Source: Takakia lepidozioides (lineage: Eukaryota; Plantae; Bryophyta). From it: 64,000 nucleotides of DNA. Position 1 is the stretch's first letter. Every line of letters begins with the position of its first letter. The notes beneath the pieces were generated by a model. That model was given only the letters and a program-made list of their open reading frames with translations. It was not told the origin of the DNA and did not search any database. The position numbers and the translations under genes were made by a program. Location of the stretch: assembly GCA_030704615.1 (NCBI GenBank), contig CM060734.1:27280001-27344000 (forward strand). Reading direction: 5' to 3'. Below are positions 62,405 to 64,000 of the stretch, one piece after another.

Positions 62405-63150
62405 GGGCGTAAGGAAATAGCAAAAATTTCCTTAAGTCTGGACGGCTCAGATTTAATCTAATGGATGGTTCAGATTGGTGAATATTTGAGGAGGAACCTT
62501 ACGACGTACGGTGCCATCCGTAAAATTCCCTCGCCTAAGGTGCCCTCCAAATACACTAAGAAATTTTTGCCGGGTCTTTACGCTACGCATTGGAGACGTT
62601 TTGTGTGTGTGGCATACACTCTCTTGGTGTTAGGGTATCATCGACAAATTCTCTAACTAGTTTGTCCTTGGGTTGCCAAATATGTACTCCAATCCTTCAA
62701 AAAATAAAATCGACGAAAGGCCCCAGGCCGTTTTGTCTGAATGAGGGTGGCTAGTTGCATGTGGGGCGCGATTTCCAGGAATGCCCCACTCTGAGTGCCT
62801 TACCCGGCGTAAAGAAACAGCACAAATTTCTTCAAGTCTGGACGGCTCAGATTTAATCTAATGGACGGTTCAGATTGGTGAATATTTGAGGAGGAACCTT
62901 ACAAAGTAAGGTGCCATCTGTAAAATTCCGTCGCCTAAGGTGCCCTCCCAATACACTAAGAAATTTTGCCGGGTGTGTGGCTTACACTCTCTTGGTGGTA
63001 GGGTATCATCGACAAATTCTCTAACTAGTTTGTCCTTGGGTTGCCAAATACGTACTCCAATCCTTCAAAAATTAAAAATCGACGAAAGGCCCTAGCCGTC
63101 TAACACCTTGTCTGAAGTCTGAACGAGGGGTGGCTAATTGCATCCGGTCC
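62396..63150. repeat. Two tandem ~400-bp copies, MITE-like
   Basis: gtgccttacc...aagtctggacggctcagatttaatctaatgga...atcgacgaaaggcc occurs at ~62396 and ~62796. Confidence 0.75.
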
Positions 63151-63203
63151 CACATGGCTGTTAACTAAATGTTTATTTAATCGACTTTTTACAGACCGTG
63201 CAC

Positions 63204-63690
63204 TTTTTTTTTTTTTTTTTTGAGAACAGGGAACAGAGGCCCTGAAATCTTTATTACAAAATGCGGAGAAAGCATCCGAAGGCAGTTACATGAGGAAAAA
63301 ATAACCTCAAACCAGGGTGCCATAGAGGCTGATCTAGGAAGACACAGCTTCGAGAATCCAGTGCAGAGAGAAAGAACATCTAGCAGAGATGGCCTAAAAA
63401 GAAGGATCCCAGCACCTTATGACTGGGCCAGCGAAAGTGAGGAACAAGAGGGAACAAAAACAACCAAGCCTAAACCAGAGAGAAGACTTGGAAAGAGCCG
63501 AGACACCTAACGCCTGCAGGCAGCCGATCCCCACAGAAGAGAGTGGCCCAAGGAGCCGAGGCATGGAAACAAGAGCAGGGTCACTGCCCAGAGATGGCAT
63601 CAAAAGACAAATGAGCCTTTGTTTTCCCCTGCCTGATAGACTACGATGACGCCAATTCACCTCCTTCTCGTCAGCCGAACGAGAATTCAC
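63204..63690 (-). mobile_element. Possible 3' end of a non-LTR retroelement or retrocopy
   Basis: Poly-T run at ~63204-63221 with an AATAAA on the minus strand ~30 bp away; no TSD or RT motif found. Confidence 0.3.
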
Positions 63691-64000
63691 TGTTAGTAAG
63701 TCACTATTTTACTCTCTGTTGCTAAAAACAATAATAAACAATAATAAAATAAGTAAAAGAAGAGACAGCCAAAGCCAGGAGGACAGGCAGGTGTCAAAAG
63801 GCCAGGCTGGGACCTGGAAAGAGCAACAGTACACCTGACATCTCGATCAGGCTGCGACCGACGGCGTCGCAGGTTCTGTCGGTTGTCCGTCCGTCCGTCC
63901 AAGCGACGGCGTCCACCCTTTGAACCGACCACGTCGTCAGGGGGATGCGAAGGTGGTGACCGTGGGCGGCCTTATAACGCACTGCGTGCCAGTTGAACGC

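Overview
Eukaryotic, very probably bryophyte (moss-like 5.8S/ITS1), repeat-dense window with no intact host protein gene that I can recognise. Left part: a decayed orphan 45S rDNA unit on the minus strand (26S-ITS2-5.8S-ITS1-partial 18S). Its 26S gene is interrupted by an 8.45-kb TIR element of a Mutator-like (MULE) family, with a target-site duplication and about 6 kb of palindrome-based satellite inside. Its 18S gene is cut and joined directly to a second, inverted fragment of the same MULE family. Middle: a hAT transposase and a CACTA Tnp2 transposase are each split, and their halves are reciprocally swapped. This implies a ~20.7-kb inversion (about 30290-51027) plus a nested ~355-bp inversion. 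Undoing the inversions reconstructs (i) a ~14.5-kb hAT-associated element carrying an intronless atypical protein kinase and a RING-H2 gene, where each of its three genes is preceded by an array of the same TGCGACCACC/GGTGGTCGCA hairpin and a TATA box, and (ii) a CACTA element whose accessory region contains an FCP1/NIF phosphatase-like domain. Also present: a near-complete Ty3 chromovirus without TSD, further LTR-retrotransposon remnants, a GCM-like/MULE/SWIM transposase pseudogene and two copies of a tRNA-derived SINE. Coordinates were read by eye and may be off by a few bases. Domain calls rest on recognised motifs, not on database searches.
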